Origin: Takakia lepidozioides
Lineage: Eukaryota; Plantae; Bryophyta
Reading direction: 5' to 3'
Assembly: GCA_030704615.1 (NCBI GenBank)
Contig: CM060731.1
Span: forward strand, 92,132,001-92,196,000
Length of the DNA: 64,000 nucleotides
Both the position numbers and the translations under genes were made by a program. Positions 1 through 13,014 of this stretch are shown one piece after another. The notes under the pieces were generated by a model. That model did not search any database. It was not told the DNA's origin and saw only the letters and a list, made by a program, of their open reading frames with translations. Within the stretch, counting starts at the first letter, position 1. Each line of letters opens with the position of its first letter.

Positions 1-1667
1 CCAACCCAGTGAAGGTGTTCACGGACAATGTCACGGTGAAGTATTTTGCCACGCAGCCCAAGTTGTCCCCAAAACAACTTAGGTGGCAAGATACTTTGGC
101 AGTGTTCGACGTGGATATCCAGTACAAACCGGGACGGGACAATGTGGTGGCCGATGCTTTAAGTAGAAAGCAGCAGCTCTTGTTGGTGTACAAGGGCGAG
201 ACGGCGCTCCAAAGGAAGATCCGGAAGGCTTGCCGGAAGGATGAGCTGGCAAAGTGCGTGATGCAGAACTTGAGAATGGGGGGTTAAATCGCAGTTCCAC
301 TTGCAAAACGGACTGCTCCGGTATAAGCAAAAACGTCTCTATGTGCCAAAGGGAGGGATCAGGGATAGTCTCTTGAGAGAATGCCATGATAGCCCGCTTG
401 CGGGCCACGGTGGAGCCAAGCGCACTGCGGCACTCTTGAAGAAAGAGTATTTCTGGCCCAAACTGAGGGAGGAGGCAGAGGAGAGGAGTATGTTAAGACA
501 TGCACCACATGCCAACAAAACCGGAGCGAGTATAAAAAGCAAGCGGGGCTGTTACAACCCTTGCCGATTCCAGAGGGGACTTGGGAAAGCGTCTCGATGG
601 ATTTCATGACTGCTATGCCGCTGTCAAAAGGATTCGATGCAATCATGGTGGTGGTAGATAGGTTCAGTAAAATGGCCCATTTCATCCCCACCAAGGAGAC
701 GGCAACAACTGCGCAGGAGACAGGGCGACTTTACTTCGCCCACGTCTTAAAGCATCATGGAGTCCCGAAGGATATTGTCTCGGACCGCGATCCAAAGTTT
801 ACGAGTAAATTCTGGAGAGCACTTTGGAAGAAGATGGGGACGAGGCTGAAGATGAGCACCGCCTTCCGACCTACGACGGACGGCCAAACGGAAAGAGTGA
901 ATTCCGTAGTGAAGCAATTCTTGCGGAATTACGTGTCGGCAGACCAATCAGACTGGATGGAACACTTAGACGCGGCAGAGTTCTGTTATAATAACACAGA
1001 ACACTCCGCGACGGGAGTTTCCCCTTTTGTGTTGGTCTATGGAAAAGCACCTCTGGTGCCGACAAGTTGGGCCGCCCAGGACGTTGAGGAACCGGCAGTA
1101 GCGGCGGTACTGGAAGAACGCGAGCGTTTGTTGAAGCTCGCAAAGTACAACATTGCCAAAGCTAGGAAACGGTATGAAAGGCAGGCGAATCGGAAGCGGA
1201 GGGAAGTGAAGTTTGAGGCAGGCACAGAGGTCTGGTTGAACATCAAGAATTTTCGACTACCTCCGGAAATGAGTCCGAAGTTCGTACCTCCGTATGCGGG
1301 TCCCTTTCGCATTCGGAGGGTTATGAATGAGGATGTGTATGAATTGGAGCTGCCAGCAAACAGCAAGGTGCACCCAGTATTCCATGTCTCCCTTTTGAAG
1401 CCTTACTTCAAAGATGAAGCACGTCCGAATCGGCAGCAAGTGTTGCGTCCGCCACCTATGCTGTTGGATCATGAAAATGAACCCGAGTACGAGGTGGAGG
1501 CAATACTTAAGTCGAGGAGGTTCAAGAACCGAGAAACGGAGTATCTCGTCAAATGGAAGGGCTATCATCTTGTGGAGGCATCTTGGGTGCGTGCCTCAGA
1601 AATGGGAAACGCATCCGAGGCAGTTGCAGCGTTCGAAGGGCGACCTCAAAAGCGGAAGAAGCGTTGA
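1..1667 (+). CDS. Gypsy pol C-terminus: RNase H end, zinc-binding + rve integrase, GPY/F module, chromodomain (stop and frameshift near 287-500)
   Basis: YKPGRDNVVADALSR; CHDSPLAGHGG...CTTC; SMDFM...VVVDRFSKMAHF, IVSDRDPKF, DGQTERVN; GPF...VHPVFHVSLLK; EYEVEAILK...YLVKWKGY. Confidence 0.93.
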
Positions 1668-2573
1668 TGGGGACATCAACCTTGGAGCGTGGGGGAGGAA
1701 ATGCATGCTTAGCCCGGTTTAGCTAGCTCAGGAATCCGATTGCAAAAACTTGTATTGTACAAAAATTTGTATAAAGGAAATGGGTTCCAAATATTGTGCG
1801 TCCTATTGTGTTTGGAATGGTGATGCATGGTGTGGTTGGCTGGTGTGTAGAATGCATGCTAGCTTACAAAAGTGGGAGAGGTAAATTGGGTTAATCGTGT
1901 GTTTGCGCAGTGCCGAAATCGGGTGACTCCCATCCAAGGGGCAAGGAAAACTTGCGCCTTATTTGGGAGTTCAAGTGCTAGTGCGCACCTGGCGCGTGCG
2001 CGTACTATAACTGCGCTACCGAGGGGGTTGCCTTGTAGTGCGGGCTAACGCGGAAGCTACGTGCTTCCGTTCACGTACTATAATCGTGTAGCCTCGGGAC
2101 GAAGTCGTAGTGCGGCTTCGGCGTGTTCCCGTACCTCAGGCCAGCATTCCAAGGCGGACCCAATTGTAGTGATTGGGGCGCACGGTTGGTTCAAGGTTAT
2201 CTTCCTAGTCAAAGAGGGTTCCAGGTGAACCCTTGCTCAAGGTGATGCCAAAAGCGGCATCATGAGCGATCGCAAGCAATGTTGTTGCAGTAAGGCGATT
2301 CGATCCTCGGGGAGGATCGTTCCTTGGCCTTGAAGTAGGCCAAGAAGAGTGCACTGGGAGGAGCTGGAGAGGCTCCACCCTTGGCCGGGACTTGGAGGAA
2401 GTCGGCCGAACTAGCTAGTGGAGAGTGGAGTCAAGTGTGGGGTTTGGTTCTTTGCCATGGGACGCCATGGTACGGAAACAAACTCCTTGATGTGGGACGC
2501 CACAACTTGGATGTTCGTTTCTACAAAATGGACAAGTCGATGAGGACATCGACTCCCTGTTGGTAGGGGTGTG

Positions 2574-3298
2574 TGTCGCGGCCCTTTGCCTTGAGGGCAG
2601 GGGGTCGGGACACATGAGGGGCTGCCCCTGTGGTGGGGGCAGCGGCAGCGATAGGTATGGGGGGCTGAAGCACCCTTGAGTGCCCAAGGCACTCAAGGAG
2701 GCGGAGGCGCTCACTAGGTGGAGCCCCGCACACCGGGTTGCGGTGGAGGTGGCTCCACAAGGGGTGGTGGTAGCTTAGTGGGACTTAGTGGGGGTGGCAT
2801 AGGACTCACCATGGGGTGGAGACCTCGAGGTGGGAGTCGTGGGGAGTCTTGGGACTCATCACGGTCCATTGGGGCCGCGGTGAGTGGGCCAAGACTCACC
2901 GCGACTCACCACCGGGAGTCGAGGGTTTTCGTGGTGGTTCGCCATAAAATGGCATGGCTGGTTATGAAACCCCGCGGACAGCTACAGAAGTATATATAGG
3001 GAGTAGTAGTAACCCGAGAACGGTGCAAGCCCGTTGGTGACCAAAAACTAGTGAGTAAGCGAGCGAGCCGGAAAGCGACCAAAGAGTGGGGAGCTGTTCC
3101 GGACTGCCATCTACCAAAGGGAATTCTCCTAGTCCCAAATAGGTGGAGGGTTTAGAGGGAAGCGGAAGGGGACCGTTATGTCCCGGTGAGCAGCCGAAAC
3201 TCCAAGTTGGCCCGGCGGCCAGGTTGGGAGTCAGGCGCGCGCATCAAAGCGAGTAACTATGACTTGAAGGGGAGTTTACCGAACTGAGGTGTGCGACA
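2574..3298 (+). repeat. 3' LTR of element A (~725 bp)
   Basis: Inverted termini TGTCGC...GCGACA, preceded by purine-rich GGTAGGGG; boundaries match the antisense LTR at 25182-25860, which is followed by a PBS. Confidence 0.85.
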
Positions 3299-3439
3299 CA
3301 TGTAGCTTGAAACAATACTTTCCACTTCAATGTGCGACTTCCAATCGTCGATGGACTCCGCAGATCCACTTACATGGTGCCTGTGAGCCTTGGTATGTCG
3401 CTATACTGAACCTCGCACTTGCCAACTTCGTGCGGTCTT

Positions 3440-4618
3440 CGATGGCTCCGAATTCCTACACTATAGTTTGTTGTCCTCCGCAACTTGGGAGAGCCTGGAT
3501 CCCAAACGAGGGAGGACTTTGCAGAGTGACTGAAACTTACTTTTGTTCCAAATTCAAGCTCAAACCGGGCACAGTTTATTTGGAAGAAGAAAGGAAGGAT
3601 GTTCCTGGACAGGTTGACGAGACCATTGTCGTGCTAGGTAACGACAGAGGTTGTGGAATCAAATGGCACGTACCCCCATCAGACACCATCCTGTACCGAG
3701 CTGTGGGAATGCCCATTCCCTTTCCGAATCAGTCGCTGCCCACACCATCCACAAAGGAGTCCGGAAACCGACAGGCGGCCACTGCCAACAGAGAGGTATG
3801 CAACGATAATCAAAGACCTAGCATCTACACCACCACCGACTTCGCCGACGCCCGAGCAATGACATGCACCTCAACCCACCACACTCACCTCTCCTGCGGA
3901 GCTGCTGGCCCTCAACCCACGTACCAAGCGCACCTCCAGCGAATTTAACAGTGAGGCTGGTAGTAGTCACTCCGACTCCAAAAAATCCAGGGGCCTCATA
4001 GCGCTTGGCCTTCTCCAACTTGCGGACACTTCCAACTCTTCTACCACTCCACAATTATGGATGGGATACCAAGCTCTAGAACAAATCGCAACAGATGCTG
4101 GCCTCCCCATCATTGAGGAGACTCACTCCTCGTTCGAGCTTCAGCACCTAGGCCTCAAGGCCGCTGAAATCCATGAAATGCGACATGGTCTCAAGTCTTA
4201 GCCACGCACTCCTCAACTACTATTCCCAGCTGTCCGCCCAGACGGAAGAGAAGGCCAGCTTTATCCACTGACGCAGCTGCCAAAGGGGACTCAAATTGAC
4301 TCTGTGTCCGGGCTTCCTACCTCGCCCCCTCACATCCTGATCCGTTTTGATAGGGACACCAAGATGCCCAAAGAACAAGCCCTATTCAGGGCACGCAAGC
4401 AATTCAAGGAGATGGACATCCCGCTCAGCAAAATCCTATATTCACCTATCAGTGCCGTCACTAAGCATGGGAGCAAATTTTGGAACGGGGTCCTCAAGGT
4501 CGAATTGCTCAGGCCAGCCACCGACGGATTAGCTCTTCTTTAAGGCAACCGTGCCTTCGTCATGCCAATGGCCTCTGGGGCACCACTGCAGGGAAAGGTT
4601 GAAAAAACGTTCGACCTT
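3440..4618 (+). pseudogene. Degenerate ORF of probable retroelement origin (possibly LINE ORF1-like), cut by the LTR at 4619
   Basis: Broken reading frames 3289-3948 and 4304-4618 (...FWNGVLKVELLRPATDGLALL*GNRAF...GKVEKTFDL); no diagnostic catalytic motif seen. Confidence 0.3.
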
Positions 4619-4739
4619 TGTTAGAGGGCTGTCTGGGACTTAGACAGTTTTACGGGTTCTGTGGGGTACCTTTAATTTTTGCACAGACTTACGGATGATA
4701 GACTTAGACCAACAGAGGCCTTAGGGGTGACAGACAGGC

Positions 4740-4905
4740 TTACACACTCAGTCACAGCCGGACACAGCCTTACACAGCCTATCACAGTCTATCACAGCCA
4801 GTCACAGGCCGATACAGTTTTACACAGCCAGTCACAGGCCGACACAGCCAGTCACAGTTCGGCACAGTCACAGCCCGACACAGCTTGGCACAGCCCGTCA
4901 CAGCA
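4740..4905. repeat. Short imperfect (T)CACAG(C/G) tandem repeats inside the putative LTR of element B
   Basis: Repeated cacagcc / cagtcacagg units. Confidence 0.6.
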
Positions 4906-7900
4906 TACATAGGGAACGGTTATCATTGGCAGGGAATGACTGTGTGGGAACGACATCTGCAGAGGGAACTTGCTTATTTCTTGGGTGACAGTTAGTTAGT
5001 TAGGCGGTTAGAACAGCTTGCAGTTAGATCAGGCAGAGCAGCGACATGGAGGGGACACTTTGGAGAGGACACTTATGGCATCATGACTTGGCCTTGAGGG
5101 AAAAAGAACGATCTGGAGCTGAGGAAGGAAGAGCGCAGTGGAGGAGGAGACACGATCTGTTGGTGCTTGATTCATGCAAGCTGTAGAGATATACTGTAGA
5201 GCAGACTTGGGACACCATGGCTTCGGCCTGATTTGATGCACTCACACTGTGTAGAGAGACCGGAGTGAAGATGTGGAATGAATGGATGAGTGATTGGAAC
5301 ATGATAGATTGCTGAAGCAATCTGATGCTTAAATATAAACAGTAAGGTAATTTGCTGACATGAAGGCAAGAAAGAATACAAACATGAAGCACTTCCATCA
5401 TACACTAGCTGTAGGTCATGACTGATTGTTCTGAGCGGGCTGAGTGCTTAGAGATATCCAACTCTTCTATCTTGGAGTTCCCACCTCGGATAGCAAAGAG
5501 ATAGGTGAGTAAAAGCTGCTCGACATTTGGCGACCATACTGGGGAACTGGGTCAAGAACAACCAGATGTGACAGGCATCTGGTGGGATCATGGTGGTTGG
5601 AGAATTAAAGAATTTGATGTGAATCAAATTCCCTGTGGAACTGAGAAAGAAAGATTGTCCAAGCAATTCTTTTAGAGATTCCTGGAATTGCCAGACGGCT
5701 GCAAAGAAAACATTCTTAAGAGAGTGCATGATGCTGATCCTGAGTGGGGTCTGGAGAAAGGAGTGATAAAGATTTATCAAGTGGCCTGTAAAGGGAGAGC
5801 AAGTTGGTTACCAACATTGGTTTATGTGATAGCGTTGCTATCCATTAAACGAGTGGAGTTTGAAGGCTAGGAGGAACAGAAAGTGAATGTTTATACTCAT
5901 ATGCATGAAGAATTGGTACTGGTAAAAAATTGGATTCCTAAGGATATCCTATGGATCAAACTTACACCAAGAACAGTTTTTTAGACGTGTTTGCCATATG
6001 GTTATATGGTAACGGAGACTTCTAGTATAGCCAAGGGTGCATTGAAGCTTGAAAGAAACCCAGGCATATACAAGAGATACTATAGAAGAGAGTTTTGGTT
6101 ATTGCCTCATTAAAGATATGAAAGACATGGGACATGAGTGATGAAAGAGAAGTTAGACTCCACAGATATTCAGCATAGAGAGAAAGTTATTTGAAAGCTA
6201 ATTATCCCTATCTTTGGGAGAGAGGAATAGACATAGGGGAATCATCTAGAGACATTAAGACCGGAGAGTACATCACCCATACCGGAAGAACCAGAGTTGG
6301 ATGCCACTCCTTCTTATTCTTTACAAGAAAGATTCAGGGATTTGGTACAGGAAGAAGATCAGCCACGAGGGGAGAGATCTGAGGTACATCCCTGGATTAA
6401 AGATTTGACAGAAATCTTTGATCAGAGTTGGCATGGGACACCAAAAGCAGGAACTCCAGTTTCTGAATCACAAGACAAAAAAAGGAGAGGAGGATGTGGC
6501 AGAGCCAACAGAGAGTTTAGACTCTCCAACTCCACTCCAGTTGAGTTATATGAGTGAGGAAGAGGAAAACCAAGAGAAGAACTTGGAAGATGAAAACAGA
6601 GAGAAGAATTTGGAAGATAAGAGTATGAAGAAGTAGACCCAACAGTTGAGGTTGAGACTACAACCAGGACATCCCAACCTGTTGGACTTGGATCAAGTGG
6701 AGCACTTGGATCACATGCCAACGAAGGTGTCGGCTCAGGGGGATCAGGCGGGCAACTTGGATCTAGCTCTAGGGGGATAGGGAGTGTGGGAAGTAGTGCA
6801 ACTGGAGCTGGGGATACTGAGAATACAGTGGGGCCAGTAGCAGGGAGTGCTCAGGGGCCAACACCTGGTGGGAGTGCCACCAACACAACAGTAGGTCCTC
6901 AAGGACCAGCACCAACAAGAGGACCAGCACCTGTTAGTGGGCAGGGTGTAGGGCCACAGATGGCGGTACCTCCAACACGGGCAAAACCACCTTTTCCAAT
7001 ATATGCAGGAAAAGGGGATCCTGATGTACACATAGCCAATTGGACCACTATGGTAGGTCTGGTAGTTATAACAATGGTATGGCAAGGAGAGGTAATCCAA
7101 GAGGGAATTACCAAGGCAACCTCAGAGGCAACTACCAAGGTAATCCAAGGGGAAATTACCAGCCAGGTAATCAGGATTATAGAAATAATTCCAGAGCAGA
7201 CCAAGGGCGAGAACCCAATGGTGAAGAACTGTGTTACTATTGTAATCAGGCAGGACAATGCAAAGCAGCCTGTCCATTCTAGATCAGACACCAAAATGAG
7301 ATGAGAGCTCCTGTGAATGAGGGCCCAGTGGTGGCAGCTCACATGGTTAGGCCATGTTTTGTACCAGAAGTAAGTACAATGATAGTGACCAGAAGCAAAG
7401 CTAAATTAATACCTCCAGTGGATGAGGAAGAAGATGATAATGAAGATGGCAGTGATGTGCCTGAAGATGATGAGGCTTGGAGAGATGAGAAGGAACTGCA
7501 CAGGGAAGTGGCTGATACCATAAGGGAAATGCAGAAGAATACTGATATCCCTATGGCAGATTCTTCGGACTTTGATAGAGAAGATGAAGAGGGTGAAGAT
7601 GAAGTGAAGAAAGAAGCTTCACAAGTGCAGGGTAATGAAGGGACTCTGGCTGAAGTAATATGCCAGACCAAGCTGAGATTACCATTGGACAGCTATTGGC
7701 TGTGACACCTCATTGTAGGCACAGGCTGTATCAAGCAATTAATCAGATTGCTCATGTGACAGAGAACACAGACCTGAGCAGCAAAGTGGCAAGTTATAAT
7801 GTGACGCCTGAAGGGCGAGAAACAGTCATGGACTTTGATGATTCTATGCCAGTAATCCAATTGAGAATTGGAAGCACAGACTTGACTGATGTATTGATAG

Positions 7901-8663
7901 ATGGAGGCTCAGGAGTGAATATTATGACAGACCAATTAAGGCAAAAGCTTGGTCTGAGTAAAATGAAACCAGCCCCATTTACAGTAACAATGGCAGATCA
8001 AATGAGTGTACAGCCTTTAGGCCAACGACGCAATGGCGTGAGCGTTGCACGTGAGCGCGCGAGCGTACGCTCACGCAGGAGTGACGTGGCGTGAGCGTAC
8101 GCTCACGCCAGCTGACGTGGCTGCACACGCTGACGTGGCGTGAGCGTCATGTCAGCATGCTGATGTGGCGGTAAATGATGACGTGGCACTGTCCGTCAAC
8201 TGCCACGTCAGCATTAACATGCGCCGCCTATAACCGTGGATGGTCCTATGACCGTGGAATTAATGCAGGGAATCTTGCCTAAATAGAATCAAGACGAGCG
8301 TTGAGGCCTACAATTGCAGCATCCAACATTGTGCAATTACAAATGTTTGTTTCACTTTACAATTACGAAGACGACAAAATATCCTCACAAAGTGTGCGCC
8401 ATAAAGGCTGCCACGAGAAGACTTCCTCCCTCCTCAAATAACAATGAGAGTTATGATCATCTTCAAAAGATGATTGTAGTGCATAGCGACAGCAAGACAT
8501 GTAGACTTCGAAACGGTGCAATGACAAATGTGCACTACCTAAAAGTTGTCACTCAGACCTCACTCCGTATAGTTGGAGGCCATATCATTGCACAGCCGAC
8601 GAATTGATGTGAATTACACATTTCAAATCATGGTCATCCACATACCACATTACATAGTTCATG

Positions 8664-11600
8664 CTACCCATGTGTTGTATCCCGCTGCAAAAGAGTATCG
8701 ACCTCGTTGAAACTCATAGTGGCCTGGTGAATGAAGTTGTCACGTTTGGGATCGCAAACCATCCTCCTCAAAAATATGAAATACAAATGTTTGCAGGGTA
8801 TGAATTTACCTCTTGCCCAAACTGGTTGATAGCATATTCACAAAATCAGGACATGTGCAATTGGGGAAATTGGAAAACCGTGATGTCGTAGGTCCTGTCA
8901 TGAACAGCAGATGTGGAAGTGATGATTGTGAATACCCGACCATATCCTGGATCGGGTACTTCCGTGGTGCTTCCGACACGAGCTTGGAGCATTCTTGCGG
9001 ACTCCACTTTGCCAAAGTGTTCAGCGGTTGGAGGGAAACGCCGAACGAGCTTTCCATCTCGTTTGGTTGGCCACAAGTCAGGATTTGCCGGGGGGACCCG
9101 GGAGGACGCAGGAGTAGTAGCACATGCATGGAGTTGGGGTTGTCTCGCAAAAAAAACCTGCCTCCTCCAGCATTTCAATCTCCTGAAAGCTGAGATGTGT
9201 TCCCACCTTCACGGGCCAAACGGTTGGAGGAGATGGCTTCATCACTACGGAAGGACGCACAGTTCCATGCACACATCTGGCACAATCATCTGCGCAGAAC
9301 CAGAACTTGTGGTTCTGGCTTCTGGTTGACCGTATGGACGCATCAAGCCCGTGAAAGTCGGAGCAGGAGTTCGGGCACCACCTCTGGATATAGATGAAGT
9401 GCACTTCTCGAAATTAGTTGCCCTGATCGCTGTACATTTCACACGAGACCCGACACTTGTGCGTTCTATGTGCCAAACGTGGTCGGGCATGCGGACTCAA
9501 GCACATCAAGGGGGTTGTTTCTCTCCTGCACCATTTCAGTGGCACGGTTTGATGCTGGAGCTTGCCGTCGTGTTGGAGGTTCCTCCACAATGGAGGTTCC
9601 GGACACGGAGCTGTCATGCAGGGGAACACGAGGCTTCGAGAAGTTATCACGGTCTGCCCTGTGGGAATCTGAATCCGAACCAGGTGGAGTGTTCAATTTC
9701 CTCTTACAGGAGCCGAATCTCTCCTCCCCTTCAAGATGTGGAACTCTAGAAACAAGTGGCGTTCCCTGGGCATACATGCTCACCGCCCGTGCTATCTTGA
9801 TTGGATCCCCAGATCTGTTTGCAGCACGCAACATCAACTCGATTTGTCCGGACCCTTGCCACCAACCCCACCTCGTAAGAAATCACGGTATCGGGTTTGT
9901 TGTTGCAAGGCACGTATCAAATCATCTGTTGTTGCCACATACAAATCCCGACCTCTTTTCCCAGACTGCTGCAACCATGCATTGTGCACAGTTTCTGCCA
10001 AATTGCAAGATGGCATGTCTGCCATTTCCTCAATGGACATGTTCTGCAAAGAGGATAACCACACTTCAGAAAGTGCACAGGAAACAACATAAAGAAAGCA
10101 ATGAGTCAAAAATATGGAAAGCAAATGTATGAATAAAGCATGAAATAGAAGCCTCGTACCATTGTCATGGCTGCTCCCCACTGTCTATACCGGAAGTGCC
10201 AAAACGCCAGCCAATCTTCCAATGCTCTCATACTCTCAAGTGATGCAGCTCCAGAAGAGAACACCAGGCACGAATTGTCTGGAACAAAGTGTCCGCCCTT
10301 CATTGTTCTAGCATCTTTGTACTCTTTGCACAATTTACGGTGCTGAGTCTGCATCTCTGGTTTGATGTCCGACTTTGTATGTTTTTCCAGAGATTGTGTC
10401 CAATGGAATAGACATGTACGCTCTCTTCCTGGCATAGGCACTTTTGGGTCGCCCGATCCGAAGACAATACGAATAGCATTGAAATTTGCTTGAGCACTAT
10501 CCGCCATGAAACCTGCGAAATTTGGAGATGGCAGCCCATGGCAGCCCATGACACGTATCAGGGAATTCCACATGAGCTTCTGGGATTCCGTATCGGATTG
10601 CATGTCACAAACTGCAATTGTCATAACTCGTTGGTACACTGGATCGTAGACATGACAAGCCATTGTCGTCCAATCCTTCACTCGTTTCACATGATCAAAC
10701 ATAAGAAAACAGTTCTGCAAGTCCCCAGTCTTCTGCATCCGCTTCACGAGGCTAACCCCACTGCCCTCCCCAACAGTCGACATTTTGAAAAGAAAAACTT
10801 TGATGGCACCTTGACCTGGGAATACATTGTCCTGGATGTAATCGTACTTGCTCAGTCGTTTCAATTCCAAAATATTGTCTATGTAGCCTCTGATCCCAGA
10901 GCCCATTCTCAATGCATTGATCTGATGCCGAATGTTAGGTGAACTTAAAGTGGAGAAATGATCCATGACCAGGTCCAATGCTGCACCGTCAAGTTTAGTC
11001 CCCACAGAATCTCCTTCACTCAAAATATGGCTTTCCAAGAAGGACTTGCTTGCGCCAAGAGCAATTGCAGATGTTGTTGCGGATGGGTTTCTCCCGAACT
11101 CCTGTTTGATCAACCTCGATACTGTCTCAACACTCTCCCTGTAATCCCCCTTCGAGACAGGATGGTTATGGAATCCAAAATGCACACAAGCTCTCGTCAT
11201 TGTATTCAAACGGTGGACAACATAGTACATTCTTGCTCCGCAGAGCGCCAAGCAGGATGGCACAAGTTTGCAGAATTTGCAGACGAAAGTGTTTGCCGGT
11301 GGAGGGGCAGTCCCAGGCTGAAATGGATTTTCCGCCAGACCCTCCCATTCGCTTTGATTATGAACTCCAGACTGAAGAAAGTGTCTGCAATTCAAATTAT
11401 CACACCTAAGGTGTCCATTGCAAACTGTCCTCCTGAAAACAAGCTTGTCATCATTCTGAATATTGGATGTTTTTGTTCTGCACCACGGGTGCCCGTCGTG
11501 TTTCTTGTCCATTCCATGCATCATGATTGTTACACCTCCAACTCGCGGAGGAGGAGGCAGCTCGAATAGGATATCGCCATCAAAAGTCCGGCAAGAACTT

Positions 11601-12162
11601 CACAGGCACCTGCTTCAAAGATTCCCAATCAATTCCCCGCAACTCACTTTTGAATCCAGCCATTCCTCCCATCGCCCGCAATTTTGGAATGACACTACAA
11701 ATCTCTTCTTCATCAGCTTCTGCAACCACAGTAGGAAGGACTGGATTTGGAATTTCACTTATGTCATCATCGGAAGAATCCGAAAGCTCAACGATTGGAG
11801 TGGAGGAAGTCTGTTCTTTTTTCACCACCACCTCCCTCTTGTCTTCAACGACCGAAGCAGCAGTCCCGGGCGTCACATATGACCCAAGGGACTTTCCGAG
11901 GCTCTCCAAGTACTCTGTATCGACCAGGACGCACTCTCCACTGGCTGATATGAGCCGTCTCATCACGGTTTTGGAAAGAATATTTCACCAACTTCCCTTT
12001 CAGATCGTAAACCTCTTTCTCCAAAAAGATGGAGCCATTCTGCAGCTGAAAACGGGTAGCCAAGACATGTTCCAGAACAATTGCAAATCCATTGTCAAGG
12101 ACTTCCTGGGAGAACGGCACTGGTTTGTCGTCTGAGAAGAACTCCGCTTCAGAGGAAGCCAT
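8664..12162 (-). CDS. MULE transposase (GCM/WRKY-like Zn domain, DDE with CxxH, C-terminal SWIM); intron 10044-10159; frameshifted in this copy
   Basis: CNGHLRCDNLNC...CKFCK...C...HFGFHNHP; FLMFDHVK, FMADSAQAN, CLFHW, CNLAETVHN; SWIM CTCPDF...CKHLY. The GT-AG intron joins AMTM|NMSIEE. Confidence 0.88.
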
Positions 12163-13014
12163 CTTCCTTCCTCGAGTATGTTTGTACCTTGCTATCGCAG
12201 ATCTAGTGTAAATCGGTTTACTGCTGTCTCCAGAACACAGTTGAAGAATGAGCAGAGCATATGGCGGAGGAAGCTCAGATAACGACTGTGCATATTCTGT
12301 TATTCATTCCAGATATGCAGCCGTCCATTTTAATTACTTTTCTTGTGGGCCCAGTGGTCAGAGAATCCATAGGGGCAGTGTCGGCAACTGTTAAACCGTT
12401 AATCAGAACCTCATCAATAAACCCAATAACAAAGCCGACTTCCTGGAAGCATGCCACAGGATCCGAGAATGGGATTGCAGATTAAGTAAATGTATCTATA
12501 TACTACTACCAATGATCATGCGCACCTGGAAAGTTCCAAATGTGCAACGAATGTGGGTTTGGATAACAAGGATGACCGTGTATGATATTCCAAAATTTGT
12601 CATCAAACTCTCGTTCATTTATATTTATTTGTTTAAGACTGCGCATCAATTTCTGGGATTCGCTGTTCTTTTTAAATATTGAAAGTTATAATTTAGAACA
12701 CGCCGTTTTGTTTTGGGCGGCACACGTCAGACATCCATAACTGAATACGAACAGCTGTACACCAATTGCTGGCATGTGCACTAATAACGAAACGACTATG
12801 TGTAACGGTCACGCGGGAGGGAATCCGATGCTTCTAGAGACACGCAAGAACACAGGCAATCCCGCAAGAAATCGGGAGTCACTGCGTTTTTCTACTTTTC
12901 GCGCTTAGAGGGAGAGTGGTAGTCAAGCTGGAGAGGGTTCCTTCTAGAATACGAAAGAGAAGAAAGTCTCTTTATTTTACTTCCCTTAGAGAGAGACGCA
13001 GAGCAAGAGAGAAA

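Larger units (their letters stand above)
1..3298 (+). mobile_element. Ty3/Gypsy chromovirus LTR retrotransposon A, 3' part (RNase H end, integrase, chromodomain, 3' UTR, 3' LTR)
   Basis: Pol motifs (see CDS), followed by ~900 bp non-coding sequence and an LTR TGTCGCG...GTGCGACA that recurs at 40474-41203 (+) and 25182-25860 (-). Confidence 0.95.

Noticed and set aside
1702-3298. 1.6-kb LTR starting at TGCATG after the first purine tract
   Set aside because: The PBS-linked LTR at 25182-25860 and the fragment at 63215 both begin at TGTCGC, which is the inverted repeat of the LTR 3' end.
9470-12135. Long plus-strand ORFs opposite the transposase
   Set aside because: Antisense shadows of the transposase with no independent motifs.
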